The position numbers and the translations under genes were made by a program. The notes under the pieces are model-generated. The model was not told where the DNA came from. It saw nothing but the letters and a program-made list of their open reading frames with translations, and searched no databases. DNA of 25,183 nucleotides from an uncultured bacterium (GTDB lineage Bacteria; Krumholzibacteriota; Krumholzibacteriia; WVZY01; JAKEHA01): positions 1-25,183 of the forward strand of contig CAYUDF010000002.1 in assembly GCA_964443465.1 (NCBI GenBank), in the 5' to 3' direction. Below are positions 1 through 9,609 of the stretch, one piece after another. Positions within the stretch are counted from its first letter, which is position 1, and the number at the start of each line of letters is the position of its first letter.

Positions 1-417
1 GAAGGATCCAGCCGGGGCTCCGATGAAGCTCCGCTGCTGCCCGCCGGCACACGATATGAAGCCGGCGCCACGCTGATTCGGGCCGAGGGAGACGACTGGA
101 TTTCGCGCGCGGTTTTCAAGGATCGCAACGGCAGAGCGTTCAGCCTGCCGTGTGACCTGTTGTGTATCGCGTCTCCAGGACAACCGTCATTCGAACTCGC
201 CCAACAGGCCGGATTCGCCTTCTCTCTTACCGGCGAAACGGGGGAACCCGACCTTCGTGTTTTGTTACCCACTACGGACGTGGTCGACAACGAAGGAGGG
301 TGCCGGGTGTTTTTAACCGGTGAAGCGGCCGGAAAACTGGACTGGAAAGAAAAAATAAATCACGCCGTTCGCGCCGGTGTCACGGCGGCCAACCCGAAGG
401 TTGAAACGGCACCATAG
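1..417 (+). CDS. 5'-truncated FAD/NAD(P)-dependent oxidoreductase, C-terminal part (alpha-subunit-like partner of proline dehydrogenase / sarcosine oxidase / HcnB family)
   Basis: Frame 1 is open from base 1 to TAG at 415-417. It reads ...RAVFKDRNGRAFSLPCDLLCIASPGQPSFELAQQAG...VFLTGEAAG...AVRAG, resembling the C-terminal half of pyridine nucleotide-disulphide oxidoreductase-like alpha subunits. It lies directly upstream of BFD-like and DAO-family genes. Confidence 0.65.
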   Translation, partial: EGSSRGSDEAPLLPAGTRYEAGATLIRAEGDDWISRAVFKDRNGRAFSLPCDLLCIASPGQPSFELAQQAGFAFSLTGETGEPDLRVLLPTTDVVDNEGGCRVFLTGEAAGKLDWKEKINHAVRAGVTAANPKVETAP

Positions 418-447
418 CGCCGGATACGACGGCCACGGGGGTGGACT

Positions 448-789
448 TTGGCGAAAACAATCGTTTGCCACTGCGAGGATATATCGCTGGAAGAGTTGTA
501 CTCAGCGCTTGAACAGGGGTACAGCGAAATCGAGTCGATCAAGCGGTTCACCGGAATCGGTACGGGCAAGTGCCAGGGCAAATGCTGCGTCGTCCAGACG
601 CTCCGCGAACTGGCAGGAGAACAGGCCCACCAGGCAGTCCTTGCAGGCCGGGAAAACGGGCCGGGCACACCGCTGCCCGCCGACGGAGCGGAGAAAAACG
701 AAGGCAGGTTGACTCTACCGACGATTCGACAGCCCGTTTTACCGCTGAAGATCGATGACATCCGAAAACCGGATAAAAACAATCCGTAG
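448..789 (+). CDS. BFD-like (2Fe-2S)-binding protein, stand-alone version of the SoxA/HcnB/PdhA C-terminal module
   Basis: TTG start after a G-rich RBS. Motifs CHCEDIS...IKRFTGIGTGKCQGKCC and T-I-R-Q-P-V-L-P resemble the CxCE.../G.G.CQG..C/T.RPP..P pattern of this family. Confidence 0.85.
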   Translation: MAKTIVCHCEDISLEELYSALEQGYSEIESIKRFTGIGTGKCQGKCCVVQTLRELAGEQAHQAVLAGRENGPGTPLPADGAEKNEGRLTLPTIRQPVLPLKIDDIRKPDKNNP

Positions 790-819
790 TCGCAGACCGG
801 CCGGGCTGAGCGAGGATAC

Positions 820-1968
820 ATGACCAACCGCACAGCAGACATAATTATCATCGGCGGAGGCGTCAACGGAGTCGCGACCGCTTACAACCTTGCCCGTCGC
901 GGCGTAACAAACGTTGTTGTCCTGGAGAAGAGCTACCCCGGTTCCGGTGCGTCCGGGCGTTGCGGTGGCGGGATCCGGCAACAGTGGGGCCTCGAAGAAA
1001 ATGTCATCCTCGCGCGCGAAAGCGTAAAAATATTTGAAAACCTGTCCGCCGAGCTCGATTTCAATATTTTCTTCCGCCAGGGCGGATACCTTATGCTCGT
1101 TTACGACGAGCGCGAACACACACTGGTGAATAAAACGATTCCCTTGCACAATTCACTGGGTGTGCCCACACGTTTTCTCGATCCCGGAGAAATCGCCGAC
1201 TTCGTCCCCGGACTCAACCTCGACGGTGTACTCGGCGGCGCCTTCTGTCCATCCGACGGCACGGCGTATCCGTACGCCGTGTTATGGGGTTACGCGGAAG
1301 CTGCGAGAAGGCTCGGCGCGGACATCTACAACCATGCGGAGGTCACGGGGGTCACGCGGGTTCCGGGAGGTGTCTACCGCGTGGAAACCCCGACAGCGGT
1401 TTTTGAGGCGCCGGTAATTCTGAATGTAGCGGGCGCACGCACGCGCGACATCGCCGCCCTGCTCGGTATCGAAATCCCGACCCAGCCATACCGGCATGAA
1501 ATAGCCGTAACGGAACCACTGATGTCTTTCCTGGACCCCATGGTGATATCTCCCCAAAAGGGTTTCTATTTTTCCCAGAGCATGCGCGGTGAGGTTGTCG
1601 GCGGCGTGAGCGGTGACGACGAGCCGTCATCTTATACAACCCGGTCATCACCTGAGTTTTTGTTCAAATACGCGGCGGCGCTGCGCGAAGTGTTTCCCGC
1701 CCTGGGCAGCGCAAGGATTATCCGCCAGTGGGCCGGTACCTACGACATGACGCCCGATCATCGTCCGATCGTGGGGGGCGTCGGAGGAGTCGACGGGTAC
1801 TATCACGCGTGCGGATTCAGTGGACATGGTTTCATGCTGTCTCCAATCGTATCCCGGTTGCTCGCCGAATTGATCACGACAGGATCCACTTCAATTCCCA
1901 TCGGCGACCTCAGCCTGGCCCGCTTCACAAGCGGCGATCTCAGCCACGATCCGTACGTCGTCGGTTAA
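820..1968 (+). CDS. FAD-dependent oxidoreductase, DAO family (dye-linked L-proline dehydrogenase beta / sarcosine oxidase beta-like)
   Basis: N-terminal IIGGGVNG dinucleotide fold, GASGRCGGGIRQQW, WAGTYDMTPDHRPIVG and GFSGHGFM. RBS GAGGA precedes the ATG. Confidence 0.9.
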   Translation: MTNRTADIIIIGGGVNGVATAYNLARRGVTNVVVLEKSYPGSGASGRCGGGIRQQWGLEENVILARESVKIFENLSAELDFNIFFRQGGYLMLVYDEREHTLVNKTIPLHNSLGVPTRFLDPGEIADFVPGLNLDGVLGGAFCPSDGTAYPYAVLWGYAEAARRLGADIYNHAEVTGVTRVPGGVYRVETPTAVFEAPVILNVAGARTRDIAALLGIEIPTQPYRHEIAVTEPLMSFLDPMVISPQKGFYFSQSMRGEVVGGVSGDDEPSSYTTRSSPEFLFKYAAALREVFPALGSARIIRQWAGTYDMTPDHRPIVGGVGGVDGYYHACGFSGHGFMLSPIVSRLLAELITTGSTSIPIGDLSLARFTSGDLSHDPYVVG

Positions 1969-2005
1969 ACCTGCGATAAGCCACTATTTTAAGCACATTT
2001 AGTCT

Positions 2006-2035
2006 TTGACACATTTTCCGGAACTGCTTTATTCT
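2006..2035 (+). promoter_or_regulatory. Candidate sigma70-type promoter for the hybrid kinase
   Basis: TTGACA (2006-2011), an 18 bp spacer and TATTCT (2030-2035) in an AT-rich intergenic gap. Confidence 0.4.
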
Positions 2036-2076
2036 GCTGCAGAATCGAGGAGTTTGACTTACCCGGGAAGAATCAC

Positions 2077-5000
2077 TTGAAACTGGCTTTATCAAACACG
2101 GGCAATCCGCACAACAATCCGGATCCCCTTTCCAACGCGGCCTCCAATCGCCGTGTTCGTGATGTCGGATTTTTTGCGGCCGGCGTACTGGCATACTGGG
2201 TGCTCGTTTCATTTTTCTCCTGGTTTCACGGCGTTAATATCATCAAGCTGTCTCCATTTTTTGTGGGCGCCGCGGGCTGTTTTCTCGGCATGCGTGCGGG
2301 CCTGCTCGCCAGTATAATTGCACTCGTTTCTCACATGGTGGTGTTTGATCGGGCGGGTCTGGGTGGCCCACTGGCTGCTGTTCGCCTTTACCCCGCCATA
2401 CACATCGGTATCGCGCTTCTCGGTCCTGTTACCGGTTATTTGCGCACAAAACTGCGCAGGACCCGCGAGGACCTGTGCAGCCGCGAAGAAACAGCGGATG
2501 AATTCAGTGAAGTAGAATCGAGATTCCACCAGATCGTCGACAATATACACGAGGTTTTCTGGATCGTCAGCGCCGACCGGAACCACATGATCTACGTGAG
2601 CCCCGCGTTTGAGACAGTGTTTGGCGTTAAATCCGAATTGATTATGGATAATCCCCGCATCGTGCTGGATCTCGTCCATCCGGATGACCGCGACCGTGTC
2701 GAAGTGATGTTAAACACCGTTCCCAACGACAGTTATCTTGAGGAATACAGAATCCAGCACCCCGATGGGAAAATACACTGGATACAATCGCGTGGTTTCA
2801 TCATTCCGGAGAAACAGGGCGCCGTCAAACGTCTCGCCGGCATGTCCACCGACATCACCACCCGCAAGAATGCGGCGTTATCCCTGCAGGCGTCCGAAGA
2901 AAGATATCGTGACCTGGTTGAGAAATTACCGGCCATCGTCTACGTCGCTCCGCTGGACCTTACGCTACCTCTAGCCTACGTGAGCCCCCAGATCGAGTTC
3001 ATGCTCGGTTTTCAGCAACAGGAATGGACATCCAATTCCGAAATGTTTGCCAGGGTGTACCACCCCGACGACCATGAATGGGTTACCCGGGAGCTGTCCC
3101 GCTGTATAGCGGATAGCCGGCGGTTTGTCGCCGACTACCGGATGATTCATAAAAACGGAACCGTCAGATGGGTTCACGACGAGGCCGATATCCTGCTCGA
3201 CAAGAACGGCGAACCGATGTTGCTCCAGGGGGTCATACAGGACATCACCCAGCACCGGTTTTCCGAGCGAATGCGGCTGGGGCGAACCGGTGTGCTCGAG
3301 AAACTGTCTGCCGGGGCAACCCTTCCCGAAGTCCTCACATCACTTGTTGGTTACGTGGAGGAGCTCGTTCCCGGTTCGATCTGTACAATTTGCCTGATAG
3401 ACAGAGAAACCAGACGGATATACCACGGCGCCTTCACCAACCCCGCGGTAGACATTTTTAATTTATGTTCCAACATCGATTCGGAGCGGGTCACGGGCTG
3501 TATCGACCGGGCCATCTCATCCGGTGAACGCGTCGTGGAAATCGATAGTTTTATCGAAAACCTCGAAGCAGGGCCGCGTGAACGGGCGCAAGAAGCGGGG
3601 TTATCCGCCTGCTGGGCAGTACCCGTCCGTTCGTCAAACGAGGAAATACTCGGCGTTGCGGTTGTCTATCCGGGAAACCCGAGAGAACCATCAACAAACG
3701 ACGAAGAGGTCCTGCTGACCGCCGTCGAACTGGCCACCGTTTCCATCGAGCAACGGAATACCGAAGCAGCGCTGCGTGAAAACGAAGAACGTCTGCGCCT
3801 GTTTATAAGACACTCCCCCGCCCCGATGGCAATGTTTGACACCAACATGCGATACCTGGTCGCGAGCAGCAGCTGGATCTCCGAGCACAGACTCGAGGAC
3901 AGGGATCTCACCGGCCAACTGCACTACGATGTACTGCCGGATCTGCCCGAGCAATGGAAGCTGAATCATCAGAAATGTCTCGAAGGCACCATCCTGGAGG
4001 AAGAAGCGGAACGTATCATACACCCCGACGGAACGATCGACTGGATCAAGTGGGCGATGCACCCGTGGCGACAAGAAGACGACACTATCGGCGGCATCAT
4101 TGTTTACGAGGAACGTGTCACCGATCGGATTCTGGGCCAGCAGCGCCTGGCGCGTTCGGAGGAGCAGTACAGGTTTCTGGTTGAACACATTCCCGATTCG
4201 ATCACAGAGCTGGACCCGGACGGGAATATTCTGTTCGCCAACCACACGATTTATGAGGCTCGAGTCGAAGACCTGATCGGCACCTCGGTGTTTGACTATA
4301 TACCGGCCGACCGCCGCGACGAAATCCGCCGTTTGATAGCGGGAGCGGTCTTGTCCAGAGAACCACGGAATTACAGCGTGGTTATCGATTCCGCCGACGG
4401 GCCGTCGTGGTGGTCCAACCGGATCGTCCCGGTCCAGGAAAACGGAATCGTCGTCCGTCTTCTGGTTCTCGGCACCAACACGACCGACCGAAAGATCGCC
4501 GAAGACGCGCTTCGGCGGAGTGAAAAACGCTACCGCAGCCTGTTCGAGGACAACCTTGCGGGGGATTTTATTGCAACACCAGCGGGGAATATCATCACGT
4601 GCAACGCGGCGTTTGTCACGATTTTCGGTTTCCACTCCAAGGAAGAAGCCCTGTCATTTAACGCGGCCAACCTGTTTCCGGACAGACGGGCGTGGGACGA
4701 ATTTCTCAAACGCCTCGAAACAGACGGACGGCTGAAACAGTACGAGGAAGAGTTGCGGAGCAAGCACGGCAAAACAGTTTACGTGGTTGCCAACTTTGTC
4801 GGCGGCTTTGACGGCTCCGGTCATCTGACGGAAATAAAGGGGTACGTATTCGACAACACCGCCCAGAAACGGCTGGAGGAACAGCTGATACAGGCGCAGA
4901 AGATGGAAGCCGTCGGGCGCCTCGCCGGTGGGATCGCCCACGATTTTAACAACATGCTAACGTCGATATCCGGTTACAACGAGCTGCTCCTCAACAAAAT

Positions 5001-6078
5001 TGATCCCGACGGACCGCTCTACCGGTATTCACAGGAAGTAATGAAAGCGACGGACAGAGCCGCCAGCCTCACCAAAAGATTGCTGGCATTCAGCCGTCAG
5101 CAGATGGTTCAGCCCCGGGTAATCGATATCCTCGGCATTGTCCGCAACATGGAGAGCGTGCTGCAACGAACCATCGGAGAAAACATCGAACTGGAAACGG
5201 TATCGGGTCCGGGAGACTGCTTTATAGAAGCCGACCCGAGTCTGATCGAAACCGTTGTTCTGAATCTCGCCATAAACGCCAGGGACGCGATGCCAGACGG
5301 TGGAAAACTCACCATCGGTACGGATAACGTTTCGATCGACAAGGTCAACCAGCACAAAACGCCGGGCATTGAACTGGGAGATTATGTGCTGTTGTCGTTT
5401 TCGGATACCGGACTGGGTATGGACGGCGCTATTCAGTCCAAGATTTTTGAACCGTTTTTTACGACCAAACAGGACGGCAAGGGTACCGGCCTGGGACTGG
5501 CGACGGTTTATGGATCGGTGCGTCAGAGCGGGGGGCACGTGCGCGTCCACAGCCAGCCGCACAAGGGCGCCACATTCTCACTGTACTTTCCCGCCGTTGT
5601 CGACCGCGCGCCCCAGGCGGCGACAAAACAGGTGTTTCTCGGGCCCTCCCGCGGTTCGGAAACAGTACTGGTCGCCGAGGACGAGCCAACCGTGCAGCGG
5701 CTGATACGCGAGGTTCTTTCTTCGAAGGGATATCGGGTGTTACAGGCAGACGACGGAGCCGAGGCGCTCGCCGTCGTCGAAAAACACAACGCACCGGTGC
5801 ACCTGCTGATCACGGACGTTGTCATGCCGCGTATGAACGGACGGGAGCTGGTCACTGAACTTCGTTCGCGGTACCCGCAACTGAAAGTACTGTATATTTC
5901 GGGTTATATCGGCAAGGCGAGCGTTAAAATCGCCGAGTTGGGTCCGGGCACCAGTTTTCTGTCTAAACCGTTCTCAGCCGAAGCGCTGGCCCGGAAAATC
6001 CGCCTTCTGCTGGACGCCCCCGCGCCGGGCGTATCCCGCCGCCAGCCCCGCACCCGCTCACTCCACCACCCGGCCTAG
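2077..6078 (+). CDS. Membrane-anchored hybrid sensor histidine kinase (TM-PAS-PAS-GAF-PAS-PAS-PAS-HisKA-HATPase-REC), CckA-like C-terminal core
   Basis: Hydrophobic N-terminal helices. Five PAS repeats, each bounded by R(Y/F/L)xxL/I...D(I)TxRK-type motifs, and a GAF segment ([16 protein letters not shown]). H-box [14 protein letters not shown]-box [11 protein letters not shown]-boxes DTGLGM and GKGTGLGL. Intact receiver ([17 protein letters not shown]). The TTG start is uncertain. Confidence 0.95.
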   Translation: MKLALSNTGNPHNNPDPLSNAASNRRVRDVGFFAAGVLAYWVLVSFFSWFHGVNIIKLSPFFVGAAGCFLGMRAGLLASIIALVSHMVVFDRAGLGGPLAAVRLYPAIHIGIALLGPVTGYLRTKLRRTREDLCSREETADEFSEVESRFHQIVDNIHEVFWIVSADRNHMIYVSPAFETVFGVKSELIMDNPRIVLDLVHPDDRDRVEVMLNTVPNDSYLEEYRIQHPDGKIHWIQSRGFIIPEKQGAVKRLAGMSTDITTRKNAALSLQASEERYRDLVEKLPAIVYVAPLDLTLPLAYVSPQIEFMLGFQQQEWTSNSEMFARVYHPDDHEWVTRELSRCIADSRRFVADYRMIHKNGTVRWVHDEADILLDKNGEPMLLQGVIQDITQHRFSERMRLGRTGVLEKLSAGATLPEVLTSLVGYVEELVPGSICTICLIDRETRRIYHGAFTNPAVDIFNLCSNIDSERVTGCIDRAISSGERVVEIDSFIENLEAGPRERAQEAGLSACWAVPVRSSNEEILGVAVVYPGNPREPSTNDEEVLLTAVELATVSIEQRNTEAALRENEERLRLFIRHSPAPMAMFDTNMRYLVASSSWISEHRLEDRDLTGQLHYDVLPDLPEQWKLNHQKCLEGTILEEEAERIIHPDGTIDWIKWAMHPWRQEDDTIGGIIVYEERVTDRILGQQRLARSEEQYRFLVEHIPDSITELDPDGNILFANHTIYEARVEDLIGTSVFDYIPADRRDEIRRLIAGAVLSREPRNYSVVIDSADGPSWWSNRIVPVQENGIVVRLLVLGTNTTDRKIAEDALRRSEKRYRSLFEDNLAGDFIATPAGNIITCNAAFVTIFGFHSKEEALSFNAANLFPDRRAWDEFLKRLETDGRLKQYEEELRSKHGKTVYVVANFVGGFDGSGHLTEIKGYVFDNTAQKRLEEQLIQAQKMEAVGRLAGGIAHDFNNMLTSISGYNELLLNKIDPDGPLYRYSQEVMKATDRAASLTKRLLAFSRQQMVQPRVIDILGIVRNMESVLQRTIGENIELETVSGPGDCFIEADPSLIETVVLNLAINARDAMPDGGKLTIGTDNVSIDKVNQHKTPGIELGDYVLLSFSDTGLGMDGAIQSKIFEPFFTTKQDGKGTGLGLATVYGSVRQSGGHVRVHSQPHKGATFSLYFPAVVDRAPQAATKQVFLGPSRGSETVLVAEDEPTVQRLIREVLSSKGYRVLQADDGAEALAVVEKHNAPVHLLITDVVMPRMNGRELVTELRSRYPQLKVLYISGYIGKASVKIAELGPGTSFLSKPFSAEALARKIRLLLDAPAPGVSRRQPRTRSLHHPA

Positions 6079-8177
6079 CGGACCCTGATACGGGCGTCGA
6101 CGACGCGGCAGTCGTTGCGGCTGGGGTGCATCACAACGGGGTTCATATCCAGTTCCGCAATCAGATCGGTGTCTCCCACCAGCTGGGCGAGCCTTGTGAT
6201 CGACTCCACGATAAAATCGATATCCACCCGGACCTCGCCGCGCACGCCTTCGAGCAGCGGGAAAGACGCAATCTCGTGAACCATTTCCTGAGCGTCGATA
6301 TCGGTGACCGGCATCACACGAAAGGCGATGTCGCGAATAATTTCGACGTACTTGCCGCCCATACCGAACATCAGCAACGGTCCGAACTTGGGATCCTGCA
6401 TAACACCCAGGATGATTTCTCTTCCCGGCCGGGCCATCTCCTGAACAAAGTACCCGGTGGCCTGCTGGAACATACCGGCCGAGCTCACGTTGGCTTCGAT
6501 CCGCTGGCGCGCTTCGCACAGGTCTTCTTCATCTTCGATTCCGACTTCGACACCGCCGATGTCGGACTTGTGCACGATCGATTCGCCGTCAATTTTGAGT
6601 ACCAGCGGATACCCCACCTTTTCGGCGGCTTCTTTAATATCCTGGCCCAGCGACACCACGGCGTGCCGGCACAACGGAAATCCGTAAGCACGAAGAACGG
6701 TGTAAACATCATCCGGCGACAAATATCCGCCGCCGCTTTTGTGCTTTTTCTCCAGCACTGCGACAGCTGTTTCGCGGTCGACATCAAATGTCTGGACTTT
6801 TCCCGCCGGTTTTTCGCTCCAGATCTTGTGGCGCACCAGCGCGGCGGCCACCATGGCCGCCGATTCCGGAAAACGGTAATACGGAACCGCGTTCTCGATC
6901 TCACGGGGAATCATGTCGTAATATTTTTCCTCGGCCATGAGAACGGCCAGCACCGGCTTTTCGTACTGGCGCGCAATGGCGGTGATCTGCCGCACTACAC
7001 CCAGCGGTTCGATCATGAGAGGCGGGACAAAAATCGGAATTGCGAGATCCACGCCGGGATCGGACAGCATGATTTCCAGGGCCTCGGCGTATTCCTTCGA
7101 AGCTGCACCGGAGATCATATCAACCGGGTTGTGCACGCTGGCTTCCGGCGGCAGAATGGCCTCGAGGCGTTCGCGGGTTTCGGTACTCAGTTCGGCGATA
7201 TTCAGGCCGTGTGACTCGATGGCGTCCGCCGCCATAATCGCCGGTCCCCCGGCGTTGGTCAGTATCCCCACACGGTCGCCTTTTGGTAATGGCGAACGGC
7301 CGAAGCCGGCAACCATATTAATCAGGTCACCGATCGAACCGACCCGGATCACGCCACACTGGCGCAACACCGCGTCGGCTGCAACTTCGAGTCCGGCGAG
7401 CGAGCCTGTGTGCGACGACGCGGCCCGTGCGCCCGCGGCCGAGGTGCCCGATTTCACCGCAACAATCGGTTTGTGTTTGGAAATCCGCTTGGACAGCTCC
7501 GTGAATCGGGTCGGATCGTCGAACGATTCCAGGTACAACCCGATTACTCCGGTGTGCTCGTCGTTCTCCCAGTACTCGAGCAGGTCAACCGCGCTAACGT
7601 CGGCCTTGTTGCCGACACTGGCAAAATAAGAAAATCCCAGGTTGAGCTTGTGGGCGGCCAGAATAATCGCCACTCCCAGCGCTCCACTCTGCGTCATGAA
7701 AGCGAGGTTTCCCCTCCGCGGTGTGCTGGGAGAAAACGTCGCGTTCATCGTTACATCCGGCGTGGCGGCGATTACTCCCATGCAGTTGGGCCCGACCATC
7801 CGGATCCCGTATTTTTTCGCGATTTCTATGAGTTGCTCTTCCCTTTCCTCGCCTTCTCCGCCGACTTCCTTGAAACCGGCGCTGATAATGACCATTCCCT
7901 TGACGCCCTTGCGCCCGCAATCCTCCGCGGCCATCAGCACGTGTTCTTTGGGCACAACAATCACGGCGAGATCCACGGGGTCCGGTATGCTCAGAACCGT
8001 GGGATATGCCTTGGTGCTGTGGATATACTCATACCTCGGATTCACAGGAAAAATCATTCCGTTGAATTCAAAGCTGAACAGGTTATGAATGATCTCGCGG
8101 CCGATACTGCCTTTGCGTGTGGTCGCGCCTATAATTGCAATCGATTTGGGTTTAAATATGGCATCCAGTGTATTCAC
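6075..8177 (-). CDS. Acetate/acyl-CoA ligase (ADP-forming), fused alpha-beta single chain
   Basis: CoA-binding domain (IAIIGAT, YPVNP-like FPVNP, VGPNCMG), TQSGA, GNKAD and catalytic phospho-His motif ASSHTGSLAG. The C-terminal ATP-grasp has YPLVLK, HKSDIGGV, FGPLLMFGMGG and ELDMNP. GTG start with a GGAGGA RBS. No GNAT domain. Confidence 0.92.
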   Translation of the reverse strand: MNTLDAIFKPKSIAIIGATTRKGSIGREIIHNLFSFEFNGMIFPVNPRYEYIHSTKAYPTVLSIPDPVDLAVIVVPKEHVLMAAEDCGRKGVKGMVIISAGFKEVGGEGEEREEQLIEIAKKYGIRMVGPNCMGVIAATPDVTMNATFSPSTPRRGNLAFMTQSGALGVAIILAAHKLNLGFSYFASVGNKADVSAVDLLEYWENDEHTGVIGLYLESFDDPTRFTELSKRISKHKPIVAVKSGTSAAGARAASSHTGSLAGLEVAADAVLRQCGVIRVGSIGDLINMVAGFGRSPLPKGDRVGILTNAGGPAIMAADAIESHGLNIAELSTETRERLEAILPPEASVHNPVDMISGAASKEYAEALEIMLSDPGVDLAIPIFVPPLMIEPLGVVRQITAIARQYEKPVLAVLMAEEKYYDMIPREIENAVPYYRFPESAAMVAAALVRHKIWSEKPAGKVQTFDVDRETAVAVLEKKHKSGGGYLSPDDVYTVLRAYGFPLCRHAVVSLGQDIKEAAEKVGYPLVLKIDGESIVHKSDIGGVEVGIEDEEDLCEARQRIEANVSSAGMFQQATGYFVQEMARPGREIILGVMQDPKFGPLLMFGMGGKYVEIIRDIAFRVMPVTDIDAQEMVHEIASFPLLEGVRGEVRVDIDFIVESITRLAQLVGDTDLIAELDMNPVVMHPSRNDCRVVDARIRVR

Positions 8178-8335
8178 TGTAGAAATTCCTCCGGTTTATT
8201 GCGGCAGACGATTAAGATCGTACCATACCATACGGCGCCGCAAAATGCTCCCTGTTAGATGATTATGAAGACTTGGAAAAAGCCGCCCCCGAAAACAGGC
8301 ACGGCTGCCGGTCAGAATTCGGCCGTCTCGGGCCT

Positions 8336-8773
8336 CTATTTGCTGGAAGAATAGTTCGCTCGCCGGATGTCCTCCAGCAGCTCCTTCACCCTGGTATCAA
8401 TCTCGTCGCGAACCCGATGAAACGTGGATAGCGATCTTCCGATAGGATCGTCGATTTTCCAGTCGATTACCTTGCCGGGGTACGTCCGGGGGAGATAGTC
8501 CCTGGCCGGGAACCCGGTCATGGAAACAACCATGTCGATTTCGCCGAGGGGCACGTCGTTGAGGCCGTTGGATCGAAGGTCCGAGATATCGACATCAATT
8601 TCTTCCATCACGTGAATCGCGTCGTGGCTGATCTGTCCCGTCGGATGAATACCCGCACTCCACACTTCAACCACATCCTTGCCGTTGGCGCGCGCAAATC
8701 CTTCCGCGATGGGTGACCGGCACATGTTGCCGATACAAACGAACAAAACTTTTTTTCTGGTATCGTGGGTCAT
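8336..8773 (-). CDS. Low-molecular-weight protein-tyrosine-phosphatase / arsenate reductase (ArsC) fold protein
   Basis: P-loop CIGNMCRS followed by AEG, WSAG and the W.IDDP acid motif. Start placed at the ATG at 8773 (MTHDTRKK) rather than the ORF-track start at 8827. Confidence 0.85.
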   Translation of the reverse strand: MTHDTRKKVLFVCIGNMCRSPIAEGFARANGKDVVEVWSAGIHPTGQISHDAIHVMEEIDVDISDLRSNGLNDVPLGEIDMVVSMTGFPARDYLPRTYPGKVIDWKIDDPIGRSLSTFHRVRDEIDTRVKELLEDIRRANYSSSK

Positions 8774-8885
8774 CTGTAATCCAGTCCTTTGTACCGCTGT
8801 AAGGTAATTCAACACAATAATATGCACAAGCTGAAATTGATTAAGATTGCAGGAAGTGTGCCACGGACGCGGCGGACAAAATGGC

Positions 8886-9590
8886 TCACCGTTTGGTGCC
8901 GAAACAGATACTGGACACGCCGCCGGTCAGATCGACGAGGTGGACGTCGGCGAGGCCGGCGTTTGACATAAAACCCTCGCAGTCCCGGCGGCTGGCAAAA
9001 TCCTTAATGGATGAAGACAGGTAGTCGTAAGCAACGTCCGAACGAGAGATCAGCCTGCCGGCGGCCGGCAACACAGTTTTGAGATAGGTGCGGTAGGCAA
9101 CCGAAAACAATCCGTTATTGCGGGGCGGAAAAAACTCCAGTACCAGCAGCCGTCCCCCGGGGCCGAGCACCCGCGTCATTTCCGTCACCCCGGCCTGAAA
9201 ATCGGGTAAGTTTCGCAGTCCGAATGCGATGGTCACAACATCAAACGATCCATCCTCAAAGGGCAGATCGAGGGCATCGCCCTCGACGATCTCGATTCGG
9301 GATTCCAGTTCTTGTTTTCTGAGCTTTTCGTGCGCCACTTCCAGCATGCCCGGCGAACGGTCCAGCCCGACGATGCGGCGGGCACTGGATAAAGTGGCAA
9401 ACGCGATCGCCACGTCGGCCGTACCGGTAGCCACGTCGAGAACCCGGCAATCGGGTGTGACGCGGGCGGATTTCACCAGTTTTTTCCGCCAGCGCCCGTC
9501 GATACTGAAACTGAGTACGCGGTTGAGCAGATCGTAGCTGCCGGCGATCGCGGAAAACATGCCCGGTGTGTCGGTTTTCTGAACGGTCAT
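8886..9590 (-). CDS. menG: Demethylmenaquinone / ubiquinone biosynthesis C-methyltransferase (MenG/UbiE)
   Basis: MFSAIAGSYDLLNRVLSFSIDGRWR, VLDVATGTAD, GDALDLPFED.SFDVVTIAFGLRN and YDYLSSSI.F are typical UbiE/MenG motifs. Start placed at ATG 9590, because the ORF-track extension overlaps the upstream gene. Confidence 0.9.
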   Translation of the reverse strand: MTVQKTDTPGMFSAIAGSYDLLNRVLSFSIDGRWRKKLVKSARVTPDCRVLDVATGTADVAIAFATLSSARRIVGLDRSPGMLEVAHEKLRKQELESRIEIVEGDALDLPFEDGSFDVVTIAFGLRNLPDFQAGVTEMTRVLGPGGRLLVLEFFPPRNNGLFSVAYRTYLKTVLPAAGRLISRSDVAYDYLSSSIKDFASRRDCEGFMSNAGLADVHLVDLTGGVSSICFGTKR

Positions 9591-9609
9591 TGTTTTTTGC
9601 GCCGATTCA

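Noticed and set aside
820-1968. Idea that the sarcosine-oxidase-like complex acts on arsenobetaine-type compounds
   Set aside because: It is on the opposite strand, several kb from the arsenic genes, with unrelated genes between. There is no supporting evidence.
3691-4635. 314 aa minus-strand ORF inside the sensor kinase, and the 304 aa plus-strand ORF at 12232-13146
   Set aside because: Both lie opposite well-supported genes and show no domain-like features.
6126-8258. Long plus-strand ORFs (362, 230, 282 aa) opposite the acyl-CoA synthetase
   Set aside because: Antisense shadow frames of a GC-rich gene with no recognisable motifs. The minus-strand protein is well supported.
8221-8330. Short TACCA direct repeat and a GC-rich imperfect hairpin between the LMWP and acyl-CoA synthetase genes
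   Set aside because: The repeat is too short to be significant. The hairpin has a mismatch on the transcribed strand and a weak U-tract.
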